This document shows positions 35,614 through 45,297 of a stretch of DNA of 64,000 nt, in pieces. The notes beneath the pieces were generated by a model that saw nothing but the letters and a program-made list of their open reading frames with translations, had not been told where the DNA came from and did not search any database. Position 1 is the stretch's first letter. Each line of letters begins with the position of its first letter. The stretch is from a virus. Location: positions 1 through 64,000 of IMG/VR virus record IMGVR_UViG_3300016665_000370; one strand, 5' to 3'. The translations under genes and the position numbers were made by a program.

Positions 35614-38283
35614 TTAATTTCCTAATATTTTAAATCCTGGTTCTTGTATATAAGTTTCATATCTTATTTTTGAATGATTATCCAAAAATCTAACATTATC
35701 CATAAAGTCTACAATTGCTGCTTTTGTTTTATCTTTGTAAGCTCTAATAACTCGACCTATTCTTTGCAATGTTCTTACTTTAGATTTTCCTCCTCCACAT
35801 AAAACTAATGCAGATAATTTTGGCAAATCCATTCCAATGTCAAATATTGTACTAGCAATTATACAATCTATTTCTCCATCATTTAATTTTTGCTTTATTA
35901 TATTTCTTTTTTCCAAAGAATCATTTCCATACAAAAGCTCGCAATTAATTCCTTCATTTATAAATTCATTGTATAACTTTTTACCATGCTCTATGGTTTT
36001 AAATAAAACTAATGGTTTATATTTCTTTTCTATAAGATATTTTGTATTCCTAACTATTAATGCGTTTCTTATGTCATTATTTACAATATATTCTTTATAT
36101 ACTTCTTGAAATGTTCTTGCATGAATTGTTTGATGCGGAACATTTACAAATTTAATAACTGGTTGAGCTAATACTTTCTTTTCTATTAATTCAGATGCAG
36201 ATACATTGCATATTATTTTACCAAGCATAGCTTCTGTTAATAAATCACTTCCATCATCTCTAAATGGCGTTCCTGATAATCCATAAATTCTCTCTGGATC
36301 TATATATTTATAGATTTGTTGTAACGTATCGCAAGTACATGCATGACACTCATCTATAATATGAACCTTAGCTTCTTTTAAACATTGTAGGATTTTAAAT
36401 TTATCTTTTATAGATGGTGGTAATTCTTTTATAGATTCATCATCCATTACAAGAGATTCTTTCTTTACTTCTAATGCTGAACCTAATGTCCACACAGATG
36501 CTATTGTTATTCTTTTTGGATTACAAATTCCATTTCCTATCCAACCTATTTCTTCTTTAAATAACTTTGAATATAGATCATGAAATTGTTGCAATAAATC
36601 TAATCCTATTACATAAATAATTGTAGGTTTATTAAATTCTTTTACAATTTGAGCAGATACAAATGTATTATGATTTATAAAACCATTTGAAACAAAGCTA
36701 TGTGTTTCTGGTATACAGAAATCGTAATTATCAGAAATTACTTTTTCTATTTTAGAAACTTTTAAGAAAATTTTATCTTTTATAGTAGATTTAATTTCAT
36801 TTACTTTTTCACCCTCTTCGCAATTATCTAAATATTTTTCTAAATTTGCTTTAGATGGGTTTCTATAACTACCCCAAGATTTAATTGTTTTTGTGTTTTC
36901 AAATCCAGGTTTTAGTTTTGTACTTTTAATATTTTTTCTTTGGAATGGAACACAATTAACATTTAAATTAAAATTTTTATTTGTAAAATTTACTTTTTTA
37001 ATTTTATGACCATTTGGATCTAAACCAATTTCATTCATAAACTTTGGAATAAATTCATTATATATTGTTAATATAAAACAATCATTTCTGCTTGTTTTTT
37101 TCATTCTTTTTGAGGCTACAATTCCAAAGTTTAATAAAATTGTTTGAATTTGATCTATTAATTTTTCATTAGATAGTCCTAGACATATAGATCTTGACTC
37201 TACCCATCCATCTGTTTCATAAATTCCTCTTATAAACATAGCAAGAGGTTCTTTCTTTAACATTCTTATATTCTTTGGAATTTCTTTATTTATAGATTTG
37301 CAGTATTTAAATCCATAATCATATAATTCTTTTCTATAGGATGTAGAATATATATTTAAAGATTTTGCCTTTGATTTTGTATTATATAATTTGTATTTTA
37401 TATTTAATTTATTTAAATAATTAACTCCAAAATCTAAAATATGTTTATCCATATTTGTTAGAGTAACAACTCCTTTAGTAGTTAGACCTCCATCTCCTAT
37501 TAATAAACCATACCAATAAGCAGTATCTAAATCTAGATCATTAGATCCAAACATTTGTGTATTATATGATATTGCAACATAATCTTTTTCTGAAATTTCA
37601 GAAAGTTTTTTCCAAGCTAATTTACCATCAGTATTAATTATTTTAATTCTATGATTTGGAGTTCCAGTTATTGAATAACCATATTTTGTAGTAATCTTAA
37701 TAGACTCAGATACTCCATCATAATAAAAATGTGATGAAGTATCTTTATTATTATTTGTTAAAGGAGTTGCAAGCTTAAGATTAAGCTCTGTACTTTCTTT
37801 TTCTTTTACATTTAAATTATAAATTTCTTTTAATTCTTCAAAAGAAAGAATTCCTTTTTCTGTAATATTAAGAGAATCTTTGGAAATACACTTACCGCTT
37901 CCTGTAGCCGCACGTACAATTCCTATTGTATTTTCTTTGCAAGCTTCAACTATTCTTTGTTGATAATCTCTTGCAGAAAATCCAATATCATTTAAAATGA
38001 GTTCTGGTTCTATTTTTGGTTTTTTTCTTTTATCTTCTATTTCATAAGCAATAGAATTTTCATCTAAGTATTTTTTTACTTTATCTAATAATCCAATACC
38101 AAATTCATTTTTTTTATTTAAAAGGCGTACAATTCCATCCCAACCATTTTTGTATGCTTGTGTATATTCTACGCCTTGTTTTTTATAAGATAATAGTTTT
38201 GATATTTTTAATATTATGGATTTATCTTCTGTTATTAATTTAGCAACTTTGCTATTTTTTATTAATATTTTTAAATCACTCAT
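35614..38283 (-). CDS. Superfamily 2 DExH helicase (UvsW/XPB-like), contains an intein
   Basis: RDYQ, ATGSGK|T, IIDECH, GLSGTP, FDIGMDLP, QRIGRVIR. Confidence 0.93.
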   Translation of the reverse strand: MSDLKILIKNSKVAKLITEDKSIILKISKLLSYKKQGVEYTQAYKNGWDGIVRLLNKKNEFGIGLLDKVKKYLDENSIAYEIEDKRKKPKIEPELILNDIGFSARDYQQRIVEACKENTIGIVRAATGSGKCISKDSLNITEKGILSFEELKEIYNLNVKEKESTELNLKLATPLTNNNKDTSSHFYYDGVSESIKITTKYGYSITGTPNHRIKIINTDGKLAWKKLSEISEKDYVAISYNTQMFGSNDLDLDTAYWYGLLIGDGGLTTKGVVTLTNMDKHILDFGVNYLNKLNIKYKLYNTKSKAKSLNIYSTSYRKELYDYGFKYCKSINKEIPKNIRMLKKEPLAMFIRGIYETDGWVESRSICLGLSNEKLIDQIQTILLNFGIVASKRMKKTSRNDCFILTIYNEFIPKFMNEIGLDPNGHKIKKVNFTNKNFNLNVNCVPFQRKNIKSTKLKPGFENTKTIKSWGSYRNPSKANLEKYLDNCEEGEKVNEIKSTIKDKIFLKVSKIEKVISDNYDFCIPETHSFVSNGFINHNTFVSAQIVKEFNKPTIIYVIGLDLLQQFHDLYSKLFKEEIGWIGNGICNPKRITIASVWTLGSALEVKKESLVMDDESIKELPPSIKDKFKILQCLKEAKVHIIDECHACTCDTLQQIYKYIDPERIYGLSGTPFRDDGSDLLTEAMLGKIICNVSASELIEKKVLAQPVIKFVNVPHQTIHARTFQEVYKEYIVNNDIRNALIVRNTKYLIEKKYKPLVLFKTIEHGKKLYNEFINEGINCELLYGNDSLEKRNIIKQKLNDGEIDCIIASTIFDIGMDLPKLSALVLCGGGKSKVRTLQRIGRVIRAYKDKTKAAIVDFMDNVRFLDNHSKIRYETYIQEPGFKILGN
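36667..37890 (-). mobile_element. Intein (408 aa) with LAGLIDADG endonuclease in the helicase Walker A motif
   Basis: GSGK|CISKDS...TPNH...YGLLIGDG...FIRGIYETDG...GFINHN|T. Confidence 0.95.
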
Positions 38284-38290
38284 CTACTAT

Positions 38291-38318
38291 ATTATAGTAG
38301 ATAATATCAAAAAGTCAA
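38291..38318 (-). promoter_or_regulatory. Sigma70-like promoter of the helicase gene, overlapped by a 9-bp inverted repeat
   Basis: TTGACT-N16-TATAAT, 7 nt before the ATG; palindrome ATCTACTAT-N3-ATAGTAGAT at 38282-38302. Confidence 0.6.
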
Positions 38319-38557
38319 TAAAACAAAATAATATTTTGGAATTTTTCTTTTTGTATAATATTACCTTCGCCTAATTTATCATAATAATATTTTATTTGTT
38401 CTATTGTTCCTGTTAATATAAAATTTTCTACATCTATTAAATCTTGTTTGTCTTTGTTTTTTAAAATAAGATTTGCAGCAATATAATGTGCCAAATCATA
38501 TTGCTTAAGCTTTATGATAGAATTTTTTATATAAATAGAAGAACAAAATTTATTCAT
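38315..38557 (-). CDS. Hypothetical protein
   Basis: 80-aa ORF inside the operon. Confidence 0.6.
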   Translation of the reverse strand: MNKFCSSIYIKNSIIKLKQYDLAHYIAANLILKNKDKQDLIDVENFILTGTIEQIKYYYDKLGEGNIIQKEKFQNIILFY

Positions 38558-38767
38558 TTAGTCTTTAGGTTTTGGTTTATCTAACAGATTATATCCAATA
38601 CCTTCGACTTCAGAAACAAGAAGTTCAAACACATGAGCTTCATTTGCAGACATACTTCTTGTTAGTTCTAATACATGCTTTCCACATTTTGTTAATACAC
38701 CAGATTTAGTAACTCCGCTTTTCATAAATACATTTACATCTTTATTTAATAGACTATCAAAATTCAT
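38558..38767 (-). CDS. Small protein, possible Sm/Hfq-like fold
   Basis: LLNKDVNVFMKSGVTKSGVL...VLEL resembles an Sm1 motif. Confidence 0.45.
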   Translation of the reverse strand: MNFDSLLNKDVNVFMKSGVTKSGVLTKCGKHVLELTRSMSANEAHVFELLVSEVEGIGYNLLDKPKPKD

Positions 38768-40062
38768 TATTTTCTCCTATCAATTACATTACCTACTAAT
38801 TTACCAAATGCAGAGTTTTTCTGTGCTATTTGGTTTTTAATTTTCTGAGCAGCAGAAACATTCTCTTCTTTTCCAATATCAAAAGAAAGATTTAATGATC
38901 GCTTTTCTTCTTTCTCTTTTACTTTTTGCATTTGTAGATTTACTTCTTTCTTTAAAGAATTTAATCTTGATTCTGGAAGGCTTAGTCCAGAAAAGAAAGA
39001 ATAAACTTTTACTACATCTTCTTTTGATTCTGTTGTATATATTCCTTTAAAGATTCCAGTAGGATTTGAACATTGTTCATTAATCATTGCCATAGCATAA
39101 TTTACGCTAGATGAAGGAATTTTATCCATTACGGATTTATTTCCTGCAATAATAACTCCAACATATTTTGCATCTTTAATATCAAAACCTTCTGCTAACA
39201 TATTTGTTGTAAGATTAGAGATAACAGCTTCTGCAATTGCAGTTGGCTGCTCATAATCTTTTACAGAAAATTCTCCATAGATAGATAGACCTTCTCCATC
39301 GGTTAAGATCCTTGCCCATTCTGTAGGATCAAGAGGTTTAACGCTAGAAGGCATACTGGATAGAGTATTAAATACATCTACTGTATTTGCAATAGTTTTA
39401 TTTGCTTCTGTAAAGAAATTTAATTGACTTACATCACTTAGTAAAACTTCTATCTTTGCATTATCTACAACAATAAGATTAGAAATCTTTTTATTTTGAA
39501 GAAGTTTTGTTAACTTTGATATTGTTTCCAATGAATTAGATTTTGTTTGAACATCATCTGATTCCATAGGAAGAACAGTCATTACAATTAATGGCTTTTC
39601 TTGTTCTAGTAAACAATCAACAAGAGTTAATGCTGATCCAGCTCCAGAACCTCCTCCTAAGCTAAAACAAAGAATATTTATTTGAGAACTATCTAGTTTT
39701 GATAATAGAACTTTTATATTTTCTTTGTTTACTTCTGCTGCTTCTGATCCTATTGATAAATCTTTTGCTGCTCCACCTAAACCATAATTTAAAAGAAGTT
39801 TATTATCTTCTGGCAAATCAATAAATTTAAGATCTTGAGGAGCAGTATTCATGCAAACTGCATTGTATCCAAGCTTGTAAAAAGATTCTACTATTTTTGA
39901 TCCTGCTTGACCTGATCCAACAAATCCTAATTTAATAGACTTTTCTTTCTTTGTTTTATCAAGTTTAGATTTAAGCATATTTAGTTTTTCAATATCTATT
40001 GCGGAATCTAAATCATTTAATATAGTTTCTTTTGGTTTTTCTTCTACTGAATTCTTAATCAT
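38767..40062 (-). CDS. Tubulin/FtsZ family GTPase (PhuZ/TubZ-like role possible)
   Basis: VGSGQAGSKI, GGAAKD, signature LGGGSGAG, VLP, VDN, LDPTE. Confidence 0.9.
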   Translation of the reverse strand: MIKNSVEEKPKETILNDLDSAIDIEKLNMLKSKLDKTKKEKSIKLGFVGSGQAGSKIVESFYKLGYNAVCMNTAPQDLKFIDLPEDNKLLLNYGLGGAAKDLSIGSEAAEVNKENIKVLLSKLDSSQINILCFSLGGGSGAGSALTLVDCLLEQEKPLIVMTVLPMESDDVQTKSNSLETISKLTKLLQNKKISNLIVVDNAKIEVLLSDVSQLNFFTEANKTIANTVDVFNTLSSMPSSVKPLDPTEWARILTDGEGLSIYGEFSVKDYEQPTAIAEAVISNLTTNMLAEGFDIKDAKYVGVIIAGNKSVMDKIPSSSVNYAMAMINEQCSNPTGIFKGIYTTESKEDVVKVYSFFSGLSLPESRLNSLKKEVNLQMQKVKEKEEKRSLNLSFDIGKEENVSAAQKIKNQIAQKNSAFGKLVGNVIDRRK

Positions 40063-40931
40063 TTAAACCACCATTTGTTATTTAAATACCATTGAGCGAA
40101 TGACGTAAGACCTGAACTTAAATTAAATTCAGGTTGCCAACCAATACTTTTTAGTTTTGAATTATCAAGAATAATTTTATTTGTATTGTTGGACTGCACA
40201 ACCAAGTCTTTTACTTCTAATATTTTTTCCAATTCAGTCAATACATCATGAAAAGAATGAGCATCTCCAGATAAATTAAATACTTCATTTGTTAGATTAG
40301 AGTCTATAATTTGAACTATTCCGTTTACCGCATCAGCTACGTATCCATAATTTGAGATTTTATTTTCTGTTTGAAAATATTTTTGATTAGAAGTGAAACA
40401 TTGAAAAGCTTTTAGCAATTCTGAGTTTTTGCTCTGCCTTGGTCCAAAATAATTAGATACTCTAATTATGTTATAGTTTATTTTATTTATTTTACAATAA
40501 TCTTTTACTAAATTTTCACACAAAAGTTTAGATATTCCTTCTGATGAACTTGGATTTAAAGTTGAATTCTCATTTAAGAATGAATTTGATTGTCCATAAA
40601 CTTCATCAGAAGAAATATAAATAAACTTTTTATTTTTAGATCTTTCTAGTAATTTTGTTGTTATTTCTAAATTTTTAGAAAGATTAGAATCAAATGCTCC
40701 ATGAATGATAATATCAGGATTATCTGATAAAAATATAATATTTAGCAAATGATCATCAGAGCAATTACCAATATAAAAAGAATGATTTTTGTTTTGATAA
40801 ACATTGCTTAATATATTGTTTGAAATAGAATCAATACTAGATATATTGTAATCTAATTTTTGAAAAATAGACTTTCTTATAAAATTAGAAAATAAGAAGC
40901 CACAAGATCCAGTAATAAATATTTTTTTCAT
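40059..40931 (-). CDS. NAD-dependent epimerase/dehydratase (RfbB-like), atypical active site
   Basis: ITGSCGF, YISSDEVYG, R.SNYFGPRQ, Y..D, LDNSKLKSIGWQP; YxxxK replaced by EGISK. Confidence 0.85.
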   Translation of the reverse strand: MKKIFITGSCGFLFSNFIRKSIFQKLDYNISSIDSISNNILSNVYQNKNHSFYIGNCSDDHLLNIIFLSDNPDIIIHGAFDSNLSKNLEITTKLLERSKNKKFIYISSDEVYGQSNSFLNENSTLNPSSSEGISKLLCENLVKDYCKINKINYNIIRVSNYFGPRQSKNSELLKAFQCFTSNQKYFQTENKISNYGYVADAVNGIVQIIDSNLTNEVFNLSGDAHSFHDVLTELEKILEVKDLVVQSNNTNKIILDNSKLKSIGWQPEFNLSSGLTSFAQWYLNNKWWFK

Positions 40932-41755
40932 TTGTTTAAATATAAATTGTATTTTGAATTTGTCATATACTTTATTTTATCAGTATGATAAGTTTTTCCC
41001 CATTTGTTTAATAAATTATAAACATTATGATTCATAAACATTTTATTTACAGGATTCTTTTTTAAAGAAGCACTTTCTTCATGAAATATTTTTGTAGATC
41101 CACAATAAATAACTTTTTTATTTTGTTTATATTTTACACTTAAGCAAGCATCTACATCATCAAATGCCCAAATGAAAGATTCATCCATACCTTTATTTCC
41201 AGATTTATTTGTATGGATATTTTCATAACATTCTTTTCTTATCATAAGAACTGCTCCTGTAACAACTTGAAATTCTCTATCATAAGAAAAATCTTTTGAA
41301 TCTTTTTGCCTTAAACCAAAATGAATAGGCATTCGCAATTGTTCATTAAATACAACTCCTCCATGTTGAATTAAATCAGTATCTTTAAATAATAATTTAC
41401 ATCCAACAATTCCTACATCTTTATTTTTAAAATAAGACATCATTTTTATTAGATCATCTTTTTGTTTAAAAACAATATCATTATTTAAAAGCAAAATTAA
41501 ATCTCCATCTTTTGGTTTGGAGATATTAAATAAATAATTCATTCCTTGAGAGAAATTATCATTATTATGAGGATACTTTATTAAGTTAATATTTTTATCA
41601 TTCCAAGATTCTATTAATTCAATAGATCCATCTGTAGAATTATTATCTTTTATATGCCAAAGATAATCAAAGTTTTTATTTAATTCATTAAATGAATGAT
41701 AAAGTTCATTCATTTTATCTTTGCCATTCCAATTTAAAGTAAATATATGTATCAT
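40928..41755 (-). CDS. Glycosyltransferase family 2
   Basis: LNWNG, DNNSTDGS, NFSQGMN, LLLNND, VTGAVLMIR, DDVD, HEESAS; start at the Met at 41755 preferred. Confidence 0.92.
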   Translation of the reverse strand: MIHIFTLNWNGKDKMNELYHSFNELNKNFDYLWHIKDNNSTDGSIELIESWNDKNINLIKYPHNNDNFSQGMNYLFNISKPKDGDLILLLNNDIVFKQKDDLIKMMSYFKNKDVGIVGCKLLFKDTDLIQHGGVVFNEQLRMPIHFGLRQKDSKDFSYDREFQVVTGAVLMIRKECYENIHTNKSGNKGMDESFIWAFDDVDACLSVKYKQNKKVIYCGSTKIFHEESASLKKNPVNKMFMNHNVYNLLNKWGKTYHTDKIKYMTNSKYNLYLNK

Positions 41756-41756
41756 G

Positions 41757-42710
41757 TTAAAAAGATAATCCAAAGTTAATTCCAAAATCTATATTTTTAT
41801 TAAAATAGATCCCAGTGCCCAATCCAATATAACTATTTTGGAAATATTTGCTAATAGTTTTTAAATTAAAAAATACAGGTACAATAACTACTTTATAATC
41901 TTGAAAGTTTGTTCCTATTCCAAAATTTAATAAAGCATAAGTTGGATTATTTCTAAATTGACCATATTGTATAAAATTTGCATAAACATTTAAAGAATTA
42001 TTAAATCCATTTGTTCCATAATTGGTAGAAGCTGCTAAAAATAGTTTTGGATAAAAATGAAATTTACTTTCTGGTAAAGATTGAATTGTTTCTGATTTAT
42101 CCAATAGAATTTCATAATCTTTATTATTTGAATTAATTGTAAATTTATTATAAACTATTGTATTATTATCTTTATCTTTTGCAATTACATTTGTTATTTT
42201 ATAATCTCTTTTATAAACTTCATATTCCCAAGGATTATTTCTCCAATAAGAAAATCCAACTTTTGAAGTTGGAATTGTTTGATTTATAAATTGCTCTCCA
42301 ATTGTAATATATTGAGTTTCTTTTTTTAATTCTTCTGGCTTAACTTCTACTTTATCATTTGGTTTAGGAATTGAAACTTGAGTTGGAATATTTGTTTGAT
42401 TTTGATAATAAGAAACAACTTGAACTTTATTTAAAGATTCAACTTTCCCATCAAGAGATTTTAAATCTTTTTCAATTTTAGATAAATCTACTTTTGATTC
42501 TTTTATTAATTTATCTAGATCTTCTTTGGATACGCTAGAGCTTGAAGATCTTAATATATTATCTCCAATTTGTTTTTGTTTTATTTCTAGATTTTGTATA
42601 TAACTTAATTGTTTTTTATTTTCATTGCATGATTGAATTGAAAAGATAGCAAACAATAAAATTAAAAATACATTAATTGCTAAAATAATATTTATTTTTT
42701 TATCATTCAT
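41757..42710 (-). CDS. Membrane-anchored hypothetical protein
   Basis: N-terminal transmembrane segment, then coiled coil and beta-rich C-terminus ending in Phe. Confidence 0.7.
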   Translation of the reverse strand: MNDKKINIILAINVFLILLFAIFSIQSCNENKKQLSYIQNLEIKQKQIGDNILRSSSSSVSKEDLDKLIKESKVDLSKIEKDLKSLDGKVESLNKVQVVSYYQNQTNIPTQVSIPKPNDKVEVKPEELKKETQYITIGEQFINQTIPTSKVGFSYWRNNPWEYEVYKRDYKITNVIAKDKDNNTIVYNKFTINSNNKDYEILLDKSETIQSLPESKFHFYPKLFLAASTNYGTNGFNNSLNVYANFIQYGQFRNNPTYALLNFGIGTNFQDYKVVIVPVFFNLKTISKYFQNSYIGLGTGIYFNKNIDFGINFGLSF

Positions 42711-43519
42711 AAAACCTCTTGCAATGGAGAAATAAAAGAGCAAGTTTTATCTGGATGTCTTAAAGAATATAAAACTTTGTTTCCTTCTATATCTTTTTCT
42801 TTAAAGAATATTTGAAGCTTATCAGAAAAATTACCTTTTATTTTTTTACCATCAAATTCTTGATCATAACATCCATTGTTTTTGTAAGATTCTATAGATA
42901 ATTCTCTTGCAGCATCGCAAATCTTTTTAAAATTAGCTCTTGAAATATCTCTACCAATAGACTGAGGATGAATTCTTGCTTTAAAGAATAGCTCAGATTT
43001 TAAATAAGGTCCAACCGAACAAAATCCATCTCTTCCTTGAATTAATCTACCTATTGGAGCAACTTTCTTTATATGTTTATATAATGTTTCAAATTTCTCT
43101 TCATAATCTTCTGTAATTGAATCCCAAACCATTAAATTCATTTCTCTTTGGAATTCTTCTTTATTTAAAACTAAAACAACTCCATAGTGCAAAGAATCAA
43201 GAAAGTATAATGTATCGTCCTCAGAAATTATTTTTAAACAATTATTTGTTTCAATTTTAGATTCTTTTGTATCAAAGAATCCAGAATTTCTTTGTTCAAA
43301 TAATATATATTTATCTTTTGATATTTGAATATATGTTTTTTTACCTTTTGATCCAACATCAATAAAATGCATTTCATCGGGAAGATTATCAAATCCATTT
43401 CTGTATCTTGATCTTGGATATGTATATATATATTTTATTCTTTTGCCAAGAAATTTCTCTTTAATTAAATTTGCAATTACTTTTACTTCTGGTCCTTCTG
43501 ATGGAAATAATTGATCCAT
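42707..43519 (-). CDS. Fpg/Nei DNA glycosylase-like protein with atypical N-terminus
   Basis: EGPEV, GSKGK, H2TH-like SVGPYLKSELFFKARIHP. Confidence 0.8.
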   Translation of the reverse strand: MDQLFPSEGPEVKVIANLIKEKFLGKRIKYIYTYPRSRYRNGFDNLPDEMHFIDVGSKGKKTYIQISKDKYILFEQRNSGFFDTKESKIETNNCLKIISEDDTLYFLDSLHYGVVLVLNKEEFQREMNLMVWDSITEDYEEKFETLYKHIKKVAPIGRLIQGRDGFCSVGPYLKSELFFKARIHPQSIGRDISRANFKKICDAARELSIESYKNNGCYDQEFDGKKIKGNFSDKLQIFFKEKDIEGNKVLYSLRHPDKTCSFISPLQEVL

Positions 43520-44160
43520 TTATCCTCAAATTTCTGTTTAGATTCTAAATATAATTTATATGTATTTAATTGTTTTGATGTTTGTTTTCCAAAATGAAAT
43601 ACAGGAACATCTTGAATAATAAAATTAATATTCTTTTCTTTTATTCTAAATCCAAGATCTGTATCTTCAAAATATGCAAAGAATCTTTCATCAAAGAAAG
43701 TTTTTTCTTTAATTGATTCCCAATTTTTTCTAGAACTGCAAATGCACCAGCCGGACATGTAGATGTAAGGATAGCTTTCTATTTTAGAACTTTCCTTGAT
43801 AAAGTTAAACTTTGAATCTAGGTATCCTACGGTCGGTCCAACGAATCCTTTGTCAGCGAATTCTATAAGTTTATCTGTCCAATTTTCCTTGTTTGCATTT
43901 ACTCTGATATCATTGTTCAGCGTAATTAAAATATCAGAATTTGAATTCTCAAATCCTATATTTACAGCTTTTCCAAATCCATAGTTATTATCTAGCTTAA
44001 TATATTTTACATTAAATTCTTTTACAATAGATTCAGTATTGTCTGAACTATTATTGTCTACAACAATAATTTCATGATCTTTTAAATGAGATAAATCTTG
44101 CAAACAAGATTTTGTAAAATGTGATTTGTTAAATACAGGAATTGTAATACTTGCTTTCAT
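43483..44160 (-). CDS. Glycosyltransferase family 2
   Basis: IPVFN, VVDNNSSD, GFGKAVNIG, LNND, SGWC, YFEDTD, HFG. Confidence 0.92.
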   Translation of the reverse strand: MKASITIPVFNKSHFTKSCLQDLSHLKDHEIIVVDNNSSDNTESIVKEFNVKYIKLDNNYGFGKAVNIGFENSNSDILITLNNDIRVNANKENWTDKLIEFADKGFVGPTVGYLDSKFNFIKESSKIESYPYIYMSGWCICSSRKNWESIKEKTFFDERFFAYFEDTDLGFRIKEKNINFIIQDVPVFHFGKQTSKQLNTYKLYLESKQKFEDKWINYFHQKDQK

Positions 44161-45284
44161 TTAATTAAACTTTCTATATCTTTAAATATTTTTGACCAAG
44201 AATATCTTTCTATTATTGGATTAAAATCTATTTTTGACAAAATAGAATTATAATTACTATAAGCATTTCTTAATTTTTCTACAGCATCATTTACATCGGG
44301 TTCAAATACATATGTATTTTGTTTTTGTTGCCAATATAACATTTTTGGATTTGCTCGAATCATTTTTCCATTGATTAATAATGAATTTGAATCATTACAA
44401 AAATCTAATTGACCACCATAATTAGAACATATTAATAATTTTTTACTTACTAATGTCTCTAATGCTGGCATTAAAAATGATTCTGCATTTGACATACTAA
44501 AAATTACATGACAAGATCTATAAAAATCAGAAATATCTTCTATAAATTTATCAATTACTATGATTTCTGCATGATTTTTATATTTTATTTTAAAGTCTTT
44601 TAATAATTGATTAAAGTTTACTTCAAATGGCTGATTTGTAATTTTTGTACTAACTTTAAATACTAAACATACATCATCTTTATTTGTAAATGCTTTTCCC
44701 CATGATTCTAATATTCCTGGTATATTTTTTCTTAAATGAGGTTGAGCTATATTTGCTCCAAATATAAACTTATTTGAAATATTTAATTTTTCTTTTCTAT
44801 TTATAAAAGATTCTGAATATCCATGAGGAATTACAGTAATTTTATTTTCAGGAATATTGGAATCAATAAAAACTTCTTTTGCATTATTTGATGGAGCAAG
44901 AATCTTATCTACAAATAAATGATTCTTTGCAAATCCTTCTGGCAAGGCATTCTTTCCAGCAAACTCATAACACCAAATTCCAAATCTATTTCTAGATCCT
45001 CTAGAAAAGTAATTTGGGAAATTAGACATTGCTGTATAACTTAATTGTACATCATAATTTTTTAATAACTTACTTGTGCATTCAATGTATTCATGTTTTG
45101 TCATTTTTGAACTTGAAAAATAACCTTTTAGATTTTCTTTCAAATCTTCTGGAAAATGATCAATTCCATTTGTAGAAAATAAATCAATATCATAATTATT
45201 ATTTTTAAATTCTCTTGATAATGATTGAGCTACAATGCTCCATGAATGTAAAGATCCTAAAAAACCTTGCCATAAAACTTTCAT
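44157..45284 (-). CDS. Glycosyltransferase family 4 (GT-B)
   Basis: LAPS, VIPHG, RKNI, ESFLMPALE, NYGG.LDF. Confidence 0.9.
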   Translation of the reverse strand: MKVLWQGFLGSLHSWSIVAQSLSREFKNNNYDIDLFSTNGIDHFPEDLKENLKGYFSSSKMTKHEYIECTSKLLKNYDVQLSYTAMSNFPNYFSRGSRNRFGIWCYEFAGKNALPEGFAKNHLFVDKILAPSNNAKEVFIDSNIPENKITVIPHGYSESFINRKEKLNISNKFIFGANIAQPHLRKNIPGILESWGKAFTNKDDVCLVFKVSTKITNQPFEVNFNQLLKDFKIKYKNHAEIIVIDKFIEDISDFYRSCHVIFSMSNAESFLMPALETLVSKKLLICSNYGGQLDFCNDSNSLLINGKMIRANPKMLYWQQKQNTYVFEPDVNDAVEKLRNAYSNYNSILSKIDFNPIIERYSWSKIFKDIESLIK

Positions 45285-45297
45285 GGCATTATTTATA

